The notes beneath the pieces are model-generated. The model was not told where the DNA came from and did no database searches. It saw only the letters and a program-made list of their open reading frames with translations. From Zootoca vivipara (lineage: Eukaryota), in NCBI RefSeq assembly GCF_963506605.1, contig NC_083284.1, positions 51,584,001 to 51,648,000 of the forward strand: DNA of 64,000 bases, written 5' to 3'. Positions 23,380 to 35,500 of the stretch are shown here, piece by piece. Positions within the stretch are counted from its first letter, which is position 1. Every line of letters begins with the position of its first letter. The position numbers were made by a program, and so were the translations under genes.

Positions 23380-23900
23380 AAATTTAACAGCAGATCTGCT
23401 ACGACGAATGCAAACCGAAAGAGCAGCCGCCCCTCTGAACTCTTCTGTATCAACGTTCACGCGGCGTCTCCGTTGGCAGGTGTGTCACCTTGACAACCCC
23501 TGCGCGCGTAACAACGGCTGCCATGCCCCGCCTCCGGCACTCACCCTAGAGCCACGCCCTTCTTTTGTTGCGCTCTACCTTAACGTCCGATAAGCCCTTC
23601 TGACCACGCCCCCTCATAACTCCTCTCGAGCCCATGGCTGCTCCTCCTCCCTGACTAGGGCTTTCTGCGCCTAGCGCCCCCCCCCTCCCCAAAGTGCAAC
23701 CTTGAGCTGAATTATTCGGCAATGCCACGCGCCACCCTCGGCCGACAGGCCCGACAGCTTCCGCGAGAGAACCGAACTCACCGCGAGCTCCCTTCGGCGG
23801 TTTCTTCCCGCCGTTGTAACTCAAACCGCCGCGCCGGATCTGTCCCACCGAGCACCCGGAAATGGGGGAGGGAAGACGCAACTATTAGGACTTCCGTTAG
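23380..23900 (-). promoter_or_regulatory. CENPU: CENPU CpG-island promoter and non-coding first exon(s)
   Basis: CpG-dense; E2F-type GGCGGGAA (23805-23812); GGCGCG-4nt-TTTGAG CDE/CHR-like module (23820-23835); ETS-like CCGGAA (~23856); GTGAGT donors at 23776-23781 and 23539-23544. Confidence 0.75.
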
Positions 23901-24144
23901 CGTAAGCTGTTATACTTAGTTTTAATCAGATCTGCTTCATTCTAACTGTTCCGAAATTTCATTTTGCGTGATGTTGAGCGGCAGGGAAGGAGAACAAAAG
24001 GAACAAGGCTTTTGAGGGCACCCCTGTTTCTATCTCGGCAGTTGGTTTGGTCCGCCGGCTCTGAGCTAAGAGCTTTAGTAAAAGGCAAAAAGAGCTTTAG
24101 AAGACGAGCGGTGTTAGCTGCTGGTAGCTGTGAGAACAGAGGAG

Positions 24145-24163
24145 CAGCGCCATCTAGTGGTTG
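24145..24163 (-). promoter_or_regulatory. CTCF motif
   Basis: ACCACTAGATGGCGCTG on the minus strand, close to the CTCF core consensus. Confidence 0.55.
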
Positions 24164-24175
24164 GAAGGGAGTAGT

Positions 24176-24305
24176 TACAGGTAGATATCCGTGTTGGTCT
24201 GACGTAGTCGAAACAAAATAAAAGAAAATTCCTTCCAGTAGCACCTTAGAGACCAACTAAGTTTGTCATTGGTATGAGCTTTCGTGTGCATGCACACTTC
24301 TTCAG
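24176..24305 (-). mobile_element. Penelope-like element fragment with hammerhead core
   Basis: Same family as 59777-59997; CTGAAGA-GTGTGCATGCACAC-GAAAGCTC on the minus strand, 5' arm of stem I lost. Confidence 0.72.
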
Positions 24306-25326
24306 GGAGTAGGTAACCCTTATTTTTCTTGATACATTTCATTACTGGTTCATGTGGCTGTTCGATAGCACAGGGATAAAATAGAACTCTAGAGCAGAAA
24401 ACCTGAGGCAGAGCAATAGTTTGTAATCTATGGTCTGCCCATCAGAGCCACTGACGCATGGTGCATCCCACATTCATCCTAGACAGGTGGCCCTGAATGA
24501 TATTGTGGTCAATCTCTGAAGGCCACTGAAGGCACTCAACACTTGCAGTCACACAGTCTCCCTATGGTACCGTAGCTGTTAATTGTCATAATGGGCAAGG
24601 ATCAAGTATACAGGTGATAGGCCACATGTCTCGGGTCAACCTGCCCATAACGTCAGGCTGTCTCCATAGAAAGCCATCCAAATAAAAAGGACCAAATGAC
24701 ATTAAGGAGATGCCCAACATTTGCAGTGCAGTCAACTTGGACTTCCAAGTGAGACACAAGTGATTTTATCCACAAAGTACTTGGCAAGAATATCAGTGGA
24801 CACCTGAGGGTCTGTTGTACAATCCTGCAAGAAGAAAGTGCCTCGGGACAATACTGTACTGACAAAGAATCACCTTGAGTCATATCTGTGTCCTTCCATT
24901 AGTGGAAGAGTCTCTGAGCCAGTGAAGGCTTCCATGAATAAAAAAAGGGAGACAATTTTTGCAAATTCACATCTTTTACAATCTCCTGTTGTTCGGGGTA
25001 GGGGGCTAATCTTTCTGCAGCAGATTTAGGAGGCTGTAAAGCAGGTGTGGGGAATCCTTATCCTTCCAGTTGTTGCTGAACTACATCTCCCATCAGCCCC
25101 AGCAAGCATGACCAATGGCCAGGGATAGTTGTTGTTCAACAGCATCTGGATGGCCAAAGTTTCCCCATGCCTACTAGACAGGGAAGGAAAAGTCAGCAAA
25201 AAAATACCTTACTCCCTTTCCTTTAACAGAAGCCTTTGTCAGATCAAAGAACCTTCTGTGAATGGAAGATTACAGTTCAGTACTACCATCACAGCCATGC
25301 TAGGGCACTTCAATTAAGCCTTAATC

Positions 25327-25500
25327 CAGGGGTCCCTAAACTAAGGCCCGGGGGCCGGATCTTTTATTTAAAATGCATCTCTGGGTTATTTGTGGGGCAT
25401 AGAAATTCGTTCATTTTTTTTTCCAAAATATAGTCCGCCCCCCCACAAGGTCTGAGGGACAGTGGACCGGCCCCCTGCTGAAAAAGTTTGCTGACCCCTA
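25327..25500. mobile_element. hAT deletion derivative
   Basis: CAGGGGTCCCTAAACT ... AAGTTTGCTGACCCC terminal inverted repeats. Confidence 0.6.
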
Positions 25501-25743
25501 TTCTGTATTCTTTTCACTGAATTTGGCATATTATATGCTGCCTCTCATGCTCTGTTTTCATCAGGATTACTGAATGTCCTGATCAGTACAGCTGAGGCTA
25601 ATAAGAAGATAAAATATCCACATTTAAATAAGAGTGGTGTGTTACTATACCCTCAAAAGTATAGGTATATTAGTGTGAAACACTGATGCATAGATAGATA
25701 GTGCAGTATATTAGACTAATTGGAGCCTATTCTGAACAAGTCT

Positions 25744-25831
25744 TGACTTGATATTGCAATTTACCTGACAGTAGTGCAATTAGTCTATGACTTGATATTG
25801 CAATTTACCTGAAAGTAGTGCAATTAGTCTA
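25744..25831. repeat. 44-bp tandem duplication
   Basis: TGACTTGATATTGCAATTTACCTGA(C/A)AGTAGTGCAATTAGTCTA x2. Confidence 0.9.
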
Positions 25832-28800
25832 TACTGTACAAAGATACTTCTCTAGCTTTACTACAGAAAGATACTTATGCAAATGGAGAAAGAACTCCAT
25901 TTAAATTCCTGCAGCCCAGACTTCATGTGTTAACCATTTGCTGAACTATTCTTCTAGACTCAACCACCAATCTTATAATGTTCCAGGTGCTACTGAGAAC
26001 ATACAGGTTGGCACACCCACCTTGGAGACACACACACTATGAAAGAGAAAAGGGCATGGGAGAGAGCTCCAGCCTTTAATTTGAACTGGCACCAACTTGT
26101 CGACATGTTCATCGGGAAGCCCTAGCACATACACTGTGTGTAGTGAGAAATGAGGAGCTATGAAGCTAAAGTCCAACAACGTCTGGGGACCCACAGGTTG
26201 AGTAAGTAGGATTCCTAATTCTTTTTGCATTCTGCTTCTTTTGCTATCCCTCAAGATTTAGAAACATAGCGAACCATGTCATGGTTAGATTAATTTTAAA
26301 GATTGTCCTCAGGGCCCCCTTAGATGTTTTGAGGGAAATGGCTTGCCTTCTCTCTTGTGGGCATCATCACAAGGGGGGCATCTCCCAGTTTTGGAGGGTC
26401 TTTTGACAAGATGCCCTCCTCAGTGGGTTCAGCTGCTTGCTGCACTCTCCATGAGAGGTTTCTGAAAGCAGGTTCATCTGCCAGGTGCCCCAAATTCAGT
26501 GCAGAGAATTTGCTAACAATACTACCACCACCTACAGAGTTGCGAGGCTGCTTATCTGATAGAAACGACAACACACTCTAAACTACAACAAGCTCTTTTG
26601 CTAAAGTTTTACTGCACACTGTGGGCATGTTTCTGCAAGCATCTGAGATGTCAAGATAAAGAGATTGCATATTTCTGCCTCTTGCCAAACTATGTGAAAA
26701 GGAAGCAGTAGACACTTATTTATGGTGGTTGAATTGCAGAAGTAATTACATATGGGTGGGGTGGGGTAGAATTTAGTGTAATCTGTAGGGTAGACCAAGA
26801 GCCAACAGATGTGTTCCTGAAGCATGAAGATAAGGCATAAGCAGCACAACTAATCTTAGATTAGCAGAGTACTGTTCTATTCATTTCACTTTAAGGTAGG
26901 ATCTTGACACTCCTTAGCCTGTAACACCTCATGTCACTGTTTTTCAAGTTAATCAGACAAACAATTTGTTAGAGAAGACATCCATTCCACCATTTGAACT
27001 AGAAAGAATCAGGAGTATGCTTTTAAAGGTGATCTAATTTTCAGTTCCACCCCCCCCCCCAATATTGTAATAAAGGCCGTGTTCTTCTAAGTGCTTTTGG
27101 TCAAACAAGAAGCAGAAATGTTTGTAAATTTTACATAATTTACAGTAAGCAGGACTATAATATAGATGCCGCTTCCTCAAAGCAAGCGAGTATCAAAAGA
27201 CTGTTAAGGTATCAGAATATTACAGAGCAATTTACAGCTTCCAAATACAGAGTACATACATTAAAAACTTACAAAACAAGACACCAGAGTTAACAGTTTT
27301 GATTTAAATAGGGAAAGAGTTGAGGATACATCCTGCATTTTCTAAATCCATGTCCAATAGGGATATAAAGCTGCAGCCTGAGTGAAGCAGGGATCTTATT
27401 TCTTTAAATCAGGAGTGGGGAGCTGGTGGCTTCATAAGTGTTTCTGGACTTCCAGCTTCCATTGGAATGGCCAGGTAATGGGAGTATTAGTCTAACATCT
27501 GGAGGGGCATAAGTTGCCCATCCCTGCTTTAAATTGCGGAGCCAAACGTTTTGCAGATATTAGAGCTACAAACAAACAAACACCCCACGCTAGTCAAAGG
27601 GTTTTGGTAACGTAGCAACAATGGGGAGGGAGAAAGCCATTGTATGACCTCAGGTTATTTTTGTAGGAGCAGTCTTCTGAATAAGGCAGTTGCTGGGAAG
27701 CTCAAATGCATGGTTGCCTGTGGGAAACAAAGCAGGACTTGAGTGCATCTGGGTGGTTACTGAAAACAAGATGCTGGATTAGATGAGCCTTTGGTCTGAT
27801 CCAGCAGCGCTCTTCTTAAGTTCTTAACAAGCCTTTTTCAGACCACTGCAGATGTTAACTGTACCACAAGCTCCTCTAATAAGCTACTGGTTTCCTCCTG
27901 TTCATGTAGTAAGCTATAGCCCATGATTATTAACAGGCCGAGCACTCTGAATTTGCAAAGAGCTCTCTGCAATAGCCATACACAGAGTTGTGTGTTTATT
28001 GTTTCACCATAATTGCAGAAAACAACTGTGAGAGAAAGCAAGAGTTGAAAATCCAGCAGAGCAACTTTAAGGATCCTACCATTTTTTTCTTTCTTAGGCC
28101 TCATTTGGAACATGATTAATGGCCCTCACCCCATAAATGAATAAGTAATACTCAGTTTCTTTTAAACTACATTTCACCATGCCACACTTTTCAGACAGTG
28201 GTTCCCATTGTTATGAACATTTGATGCAATTTCTTAAAAAGGTTTACTCAAATTAAATGCAGAAATATTTATTTTGGTTTCCTTCATTGGTTTTTGAAAA
28301 TTTTGGTTTATAAAATATAGAAATAGCCAACACTAAGCAAACATTTGAACTCCAATGTAACAAGTGACTTAATACTCTAAGAGTATTGGCTTGGCTGTGC
28401 AATTATGGTACATATGTATGAAATTATACAACTGAGTAGTGCATTACAGTTACACAATCTTTAGTGCAAACTTCATTGTGCTTGTTTACATATATTTAAA
28501 CAGGAATTTATGACTTGCTATGTGGAAAAAACCTCAAGCATGGATTATTACAAGGCATCTCAATTTCACGCCCCCCCCCCCACCAAAATGAAATACAGGT
28601 GCAGATACATGGCAACTGAAATATCTTTCCCTACTCCATGCCTAATGAAAGAATGTCCCATGTTAAACCACATCCCAGTGGCTGGCTTTTTTGTATATTG
28701 GAGATCAGAAAGTGAGAATAGTGTGAGGCAGAAGCCAACTTTGCACAAAGATCATCAAGTTAAAAGTGGCCAAGGTTAAGCCTGTTCTGGCAATCTAGTG

Positions 28801-29439
28801 GCCAACAATGAATGAGCATGACCCTTAGTCCCAGCACTGGAACTCCATCCACATGCATGCTACAGCATGATATTGCAATGGCCCAACCATCTCTGGAGCT
28901 CATGAAGTCAATATGTATTGCATTGGTAGTTTCATCTAGATTCCTAGGGCGTAAGACACACCCAGAAGAGCTTCAAAGGAGTCAACAGGAAACCAAAGCA
29001 GCCAAGTTTCTGCCAGCGTCCTAAGGGACCTGCCTTTCTCAATGTACACTAAAAATCTCCATGGGGCGGAAACCACCAGCTGCACAATATACTAAAGACA
29101 ATAAAATGTGCTAGCAACACACACACACACACACATCCCTTTACATGCCTTGGAGAGAGTCACATTTTTGGCTGAGGAAGTCTTAAATAACTTACAAATC
29201 ACATAGATACCATTTACAGTTTTAAGGCGCATTGAAGAAGTTGTATGTCACCATAAAAAATGGTCTGCAACACAAGTGGACAGTAAGGCAGTGTTCCATT
29301 TTCTTCAGTTTTCCTATGTCGAGTACCCCTTTGCGTACAAGTTAATGATTGCACTGTTTCTTTCCATATATTTGCTGTAGTCAATTTAGAGATATGAAGG
29401 TCAATAGCAAATGCCATTCTCTCCAACACTTTTCCTCAG

Positions 29440-29580
29440 TTACATCTGTATATTGGCATAGAGTTCTTCTATCTGGGACTTGAAGTATTTGCGTAGCTCC
29501 GGTCTCTTTGCCTTTAATGTTGGCGTTAGCAGGCCATTCTCAACAGAGAACATTTCAGGGTGAAGGGTAATGCCTTTGAC
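29440..29580 (-). CDS. ACSL1: ACSL1 last coding exon
   Basis: [46 protein letters not shown]. Confidence 0.95.
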   Translation of the reverse strand, partial: VKGITLHPEMFSVENGLLTPTLKAKRPELRKYFKSQIEELYANIQM

Positions 29581-32500
29581 CTGGAAAGATAAGACAGGAA
29601 GTAAGATTTTGCATACTTTTTTCATTAACTAGTATTAACAGCAAATTGGTATTTTGGAATATATGAGATAATGTTCAGAACAGTTTGTTCTAAGTGATTT
29701 ATGTTAGGAATACTCAGCAGTATAACTCTGCAAAGTAGGATTTAACAATGAAAACTAAAGGAAAAGTTAGAAAATAAAAAATAAACCAATAAAATATGTC
29801 TAGAAGATTATTTTATATTGTTCACAAGCATGCTAGTTGATGAGGCTGAATTTTTTGTAATATTTTGTGGTACCACTGAAGATGATCACTTGGGTTGAAA
29901 TACATCCAGTTATTATAGCATTTTCTTTGAATTTATTACTATTTGTACATCACAGCATTTATTACTGATACACACACAAACACAGTGCTAGGCATATTCT
30001 ATTGGTTATATTTTGTCAATTTATATTTTAAACTTTTGATCTTAAAACTTCTTTCATTACTTGTTTGCAGCATTAGGTTTTTTCTCTCTTCCTGATAAAA
30101 TTACATAACTGACACTCAAAAGGGAAAGAGAAAGACACCTTTATTCTATTCCCTATTGCAGTAACAGTGGGATGAAATTAAGATCTATTCTCAAAAATCA
30201 GCCCCACAGATTCAAGTTTGTTCTAAAATTAGAGCATTGATTCAATAATGAACCAGTTAAAGTTTCCAGCTGCTAAACTATGCAAATAAAGCAGTTTAAC
30301 ATGAAATCAAAGTACAAATATTATAGTTGAAACTTCAAAGAGATACTCACCTGTTCAAAGGACTTCAAGCCAAACTCTTTCCCAACTTTCAGCAGGTCTT
30401 CCAGAATATATTTTTTGGTGTCCTATTGGGATTCAGAATAATAAGAATTATAGAACAATACTGAGAGAAAGTATTTCTGAACTATTTGTGGACCACCTAT
30501 CAAAAGTGCACAGGTTTCATTGTGCATCTTTATCCACCCCTCACCGGCATGTGTTCATTTCAGATATAAAAGGGAGTAGCTAGCTGTACATGCATAGGTC
30601 CCCCCATGAGACTGAATGTTCCAGTAATCCAGGACTTTCAATTGCTTGATGGAAACGTATGAGTAGTCACCACCACATAGACCAGAGGTGGCTAAGCTTT
30701 CGTGGACTGAGGGCCACATTGACCCCTAGTCAACCCTCTAGGCAATGCTAGCCAGAGCATAAAAGCAGACTGGGCTGATGTGTAGACATTGTGATGAGGC
30801 TAGCAGGTGTAACCCCTGTTCACCTGCCACGCTGTGGTCTCAGGAGCAGAATGGATGCCTGGATGAAGCTTATGAAAAGTGTGGGAAGAAAAGACTTCTA
30901 TAAATTACAGATCCAATCCCTTACCTTGCTCCTGCATAGTTCTTCATAGGTGCCTCCCAGTCCTTTTTTCTTGGCCCAGCTACACAAAACATCTGGATCT
31001 GGTACTACAATTCCTATTAGGAAAGCCTAAATAGAAGTAAGGGAGCATGTTAGAAGCTGCCCACTGAGAATTCATTTTAGAAGTTTCTCTGAGAACCACC
31101 CACCCCACAAAGTGCAGTCAAGTAGCAAGCTATGCTATTGTCGATGCTATTGAGGGGTTTGTTGCATCACTGCAGGTAGAAGAAGACACGATGAAGAGAT
31201 CAGATTTGCCTTTCGATAACAAAGCATAATATTTTTATTCCAGTGGGTTTAAATCTTGGTGCTGAGTTATTAGGTTTGGGTCATTGTTTTTAGCTCATTA
31301 TGATGGTCTCAAATTAGGTTGCCCTTCTTAAAGGTCTCACTGCAGGTTTGAAAATGGGATGTAAATATTTAAATAAATCTGCCCTAAAATTCTAAGGACT
31401 TCACATTTAAGACTCAACATTTATGGAAGAATGTTTCCCGGCATAGATTAGAAATTCATCAAGGCATTACTAGGTGCCTGGCTTGTATCAGGTAGCCTAA
31501 ATGTACACATTAGTACTACTACAGAAACAAATATCTTTTTATAAATTGGCTTTTCCCAAATAAGCAATATCACTTTTTATATTTTACAAACAGCTCTTTG
31601 CTAGTCTAACCTGTCCAGAAGTAAGCATTTTATCTAATTGTAAATAAAATCCACTAACAACTTTAAAAAATATGCTTACGTGCCCCATTTAGAAGGCTAT
31701 TTCTAATAGACATTTAAGGTAAACAGATACCTACATACCTGCAAACTTTCACCATAGACAAATATCTGGGCAACAGGCTCACTCCTCATATAAACATTCT
31801 CTATTTTTTCTGGTGCAATATATTCTCCTTGTGCAAGTTTGAATATATGTTTTTTCCTGTCAATTATCTTCAGTGTACCATTCTGTAACACAATAATAAT
31901 AGTCAGCCTACTCCTAAGAACTGTTCACGTAATGAATTCAGGACCACATTGGTCCATGAACAATAATACAAGTGCTAGCAGAAGCCTCAACAGAAGGAAT
32001 AGTTCACAGTAGCATTTGACCTTGCTCATTATCTTTGAATCATCTGGAACAACTGGATCTATCTGTCTACAGTGGTACCTTGACTTACGAGTGCCTCGAC
32101 TTCCGAAGGTTTCGACTTCCGAAGTCCGCTAACTCGGAAGTATTTTCGCCAAATGCGCAGAAGCGGCACATGCAGCCTGTGCATGTGCAAAATCACGCTT
32201 TGCACATGTGCAAAATGGACGCTTCGACTTACGAAGGTTTCGACTTATGAAGAGCGCCGCGGAACGGATCGCCTTCGTAACTCGAGGTACAACTGTATAT
32301 CTATATCTATATATAATTTATGCCTACATTAGAACAAGCAACAATTGCTTGAGTATCAGTTATTAGCATGTTACAAACAAGTGTGAAATAAATAAATCAA
32401 AGATTCATTCATTTACATTCATTGCATAATACACTGTCCCAACTTTGTCAATGGTGATGGGATGAATGCCTCAGACCACCTAGAACGCATTCCCAGGTTC

Positions 32501-35500
32501 TCCTGGTAAAGAGGCCTCAGCTGCTACAGTGGTGTATTGTCTCCCTCCTCCATTTGATGGCTGGGTACTAAATGTTCTGAGCTGCTTAATCATCTGTCTT
32601 GGGGAAGAGTCTGAAATGCCTGGCATTCTATGTATTAAGGTTGGTATCCCAGGAGGGATACTATGCAACTTAGCTTTGCAGTTTGAACCCTTTCAGGTAT
32701 ACTGTGCAGCTGTGTTCTGGTGGCAGCACACTCTACTACAACAATTTGCTGCAATTGATCCACTGTAGCAATCGGGACCTCCTGGAGGTGCAGTTGCTGT
32801 GACTGATCCACCTCTTCCTGCCCCCACAGGTAATCAGAGGGCTGCACTGCTAAATCCCTGGGCATATTCATCCATTCCTCCATTGTCGATATATCGATCC
32901 ACAGCTGGGCCTTTCTACTAGTTGTCTAACAGCTGCAGATGGAATGCCAACATAAAGAAATGTAGTAATTGTGGTAATACGAATTTTGCATTGTCTTAAC
33001 TCCACTGAAAGGCCAGCTTCTACATCACAATCCTGATGGTGGTGTTGACTGACCCTTAAGTTAAGTATAGTACAGTGTTTCCCAACCAGTGTGCCTCCAG
33101 ATGTTTTGGGACTACAACTCCCATCATCCCTAGCTAGCAAGACCAGTGGTCAGGAATGATGGAAGTTGTAGTCCCAAAACATCTGGAGGCACACTGGTTG
33201 GGAAACACTGGTATTGTAGCTTGAAGAAATGGTCTGCGTTCAAGTCAGAATGAAACTGGTTCAGTATAAAAAACAAAGGTGCATTGCTGTCACCAGTGTT
33301 GTTTATTCTCAGATTCCTCTCGCCTATTTGGAAGCTTCACATTTCTGGCATCTGTTGCTGTTCCCTTATTTGACATTACCGGTATTTTCCTCTTTTCCAT
33401 CCCTTGTAGAATTAAACCAAGTAGTCACCACCCCAGTCTGAATGCTGTTTCTGTCATTAACCTGTTTTCCCCCCTGTAATTAACTTCATATTATTCAGTG
33501 CTTTGGCTTGCCATCCAGATGACACTTGTACAACAGACAATTTGATCTACACATGCAGACAAGGACATGCTTAAGTTACTTCTAAAGCCTTAGCAGTATG
33601 ATGCTGCATCAAATCACACAGACTTTTTTTGTGAGTGAAGCTTAAGAGAACATTGGGTTGTGTTCCACTAAGTCCTACTTGGAGCAGGCCCATAAAAATC
33701 AATAAACTACATTAGTTGTATCCATTAACTTCAATGGGTCTACTCTGAGTAGGATTAGTAATGGGCCAACCATCGTTCTTACTAACTTGCACTAATTTTT
33801 GCATTTTAATTGGTTTCTGATTAAAGGACTGAAGCAGCCTTCTGGTACCTTTCCCATTCTAACCTGAGACACTCTTAAATGAGGATAAAACATGTTTGTG
33901 AAGTTAAAAAAGAGAATGCAAAGAGGAAAGAAGATATGTAGGGCATGGACAATGGAAAGACTGGACACCTCTATCTGTGGAATTAAAGCAATGGCAAACT
34001 ATCTTGAAATTTGTTATGTCTCAAAATGCTCGATTCACAGGTTTACTTACTGGTAACCATTTCCCGATATCTCCGGTGTGTACCCAGCCATCTTTGTCAA
34101 GAACTTCTGCAGTCTTTTCAGGTTCCTTCAGATAGCCTAGGAACACATTTGGCCCTTTTACGCAAACCTGAAAAAGAATGAAACACATGGTCTGTAAAAA
34201 ATATATCTGCAAAACAGGTTTCTCCTATTAAGTGTTTCTTTTTTAATAAAAAATCATTTATTAGTTTTCCAATACAAACAGCCAATTATAATATTCCAAA
34301 TACAATATTCCAATTAAAAACAATAAACTAAAAAAAACACAACCAAATTGTAATCCAAATTGTTAATTATTAATTTTTCCCAGGCTCCCCATAGTCTGGA
34401 CCTCTGAAGCATATTTCCGATGTCTTATTCCTGATCTTCTGTTGTTTTCCTGTTTTCCACATTCCAATCTTATCTCTTTAAAGTTCTCCGTCCCTGGCTC
34501 TGCAATTCTCTCTTTTTTTTTTTTTGAAAAAGACTTTATTGTTTAAAATAATACAGAGTAGAACATATGCATGATATGAATACAACGATAGTTTCCTCCT
34601 CGTCGTATCTCATACAAAAGAAAAATAAATAAATACAGAAGAACTAAATACATAATTCAAAATACAAAATAAATTCTTCTTCGCAATGTGAACCGTATAT
34701 TATCTTTATGTTAAATCCTATTTCTTCCTTCTTAGAAACTTCCCGTCCTTCCAATATTACACTTCCAAATTCTTTGTTTTCTACGGGTCTTCGTTATAAC
34801 TTTCTTCCTTTCTTCTCAATTTTCCCTTAATCTCATTTTTATATTACAAACGTTAATCTATATCTGCCAATATGGAATTATTAGGATAATACATTTTTAA
34901 GTATTTTTTGTAGACCTTCCACTCTTTGGATACTTTTTGTGTTGATGATTCTCTTACTGAGTCAGTGAGTTTAGCCAGTTGTACATATTCTAACATAAGT
35001 GTTTGCCACTCCAATATAGTGGGTAAGGTCTCACTCTTCCACTTTCTTGCCACTAATACCCTGGCCGCAGTCATTGCATACAGCAGTAAGGATTTTGTTT
35101 CTTTTGGAGTTTCTGGTGGTAGTATGTTTAATAAGAATAGTTCCGGCCTTTTTTTTATTGACTGTTTAAATAGTTTTTTGATTTCTTCGTATATATTATT
35201 CCAATATCTTTTAATTTCCTGGCAGGTCCACCACATGTGGTAATATGTTCCAATTTCTTTTTTACAACGCCAGCATTGGGGACTTGGTCCTCCATACATT
35301 TTTGCAAGTTTTTTGGGGGTATAGTGCCACCTATAGAATACTTTCATATTATTCTCCTGCAGACTATAGCATGCTGTGAATTTCATATTATCAGCCCACA
35401 TTTTCTCCCATTGATCCATTTGTATGTTGTGGCCGATGTCCTGGGCCCACTTAATCATCACAGCTTTAGTCTGCTCCTCCTTTGTTTCCCACTCCAGGAG

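Noticed and set aside
23546-23881. 111-aa ORF in the CpG island
   Set aside because: Non-ATG start, GC-rich by-product of the promoter; only the internal 29-codon uORF has an ATG
32480-33140. Cluster of overlapping short ORFs in an ACSL1 intron
   Set aside because: No recognisable domain or splice structure; possibly an old transposon remnant but cannot be assigned
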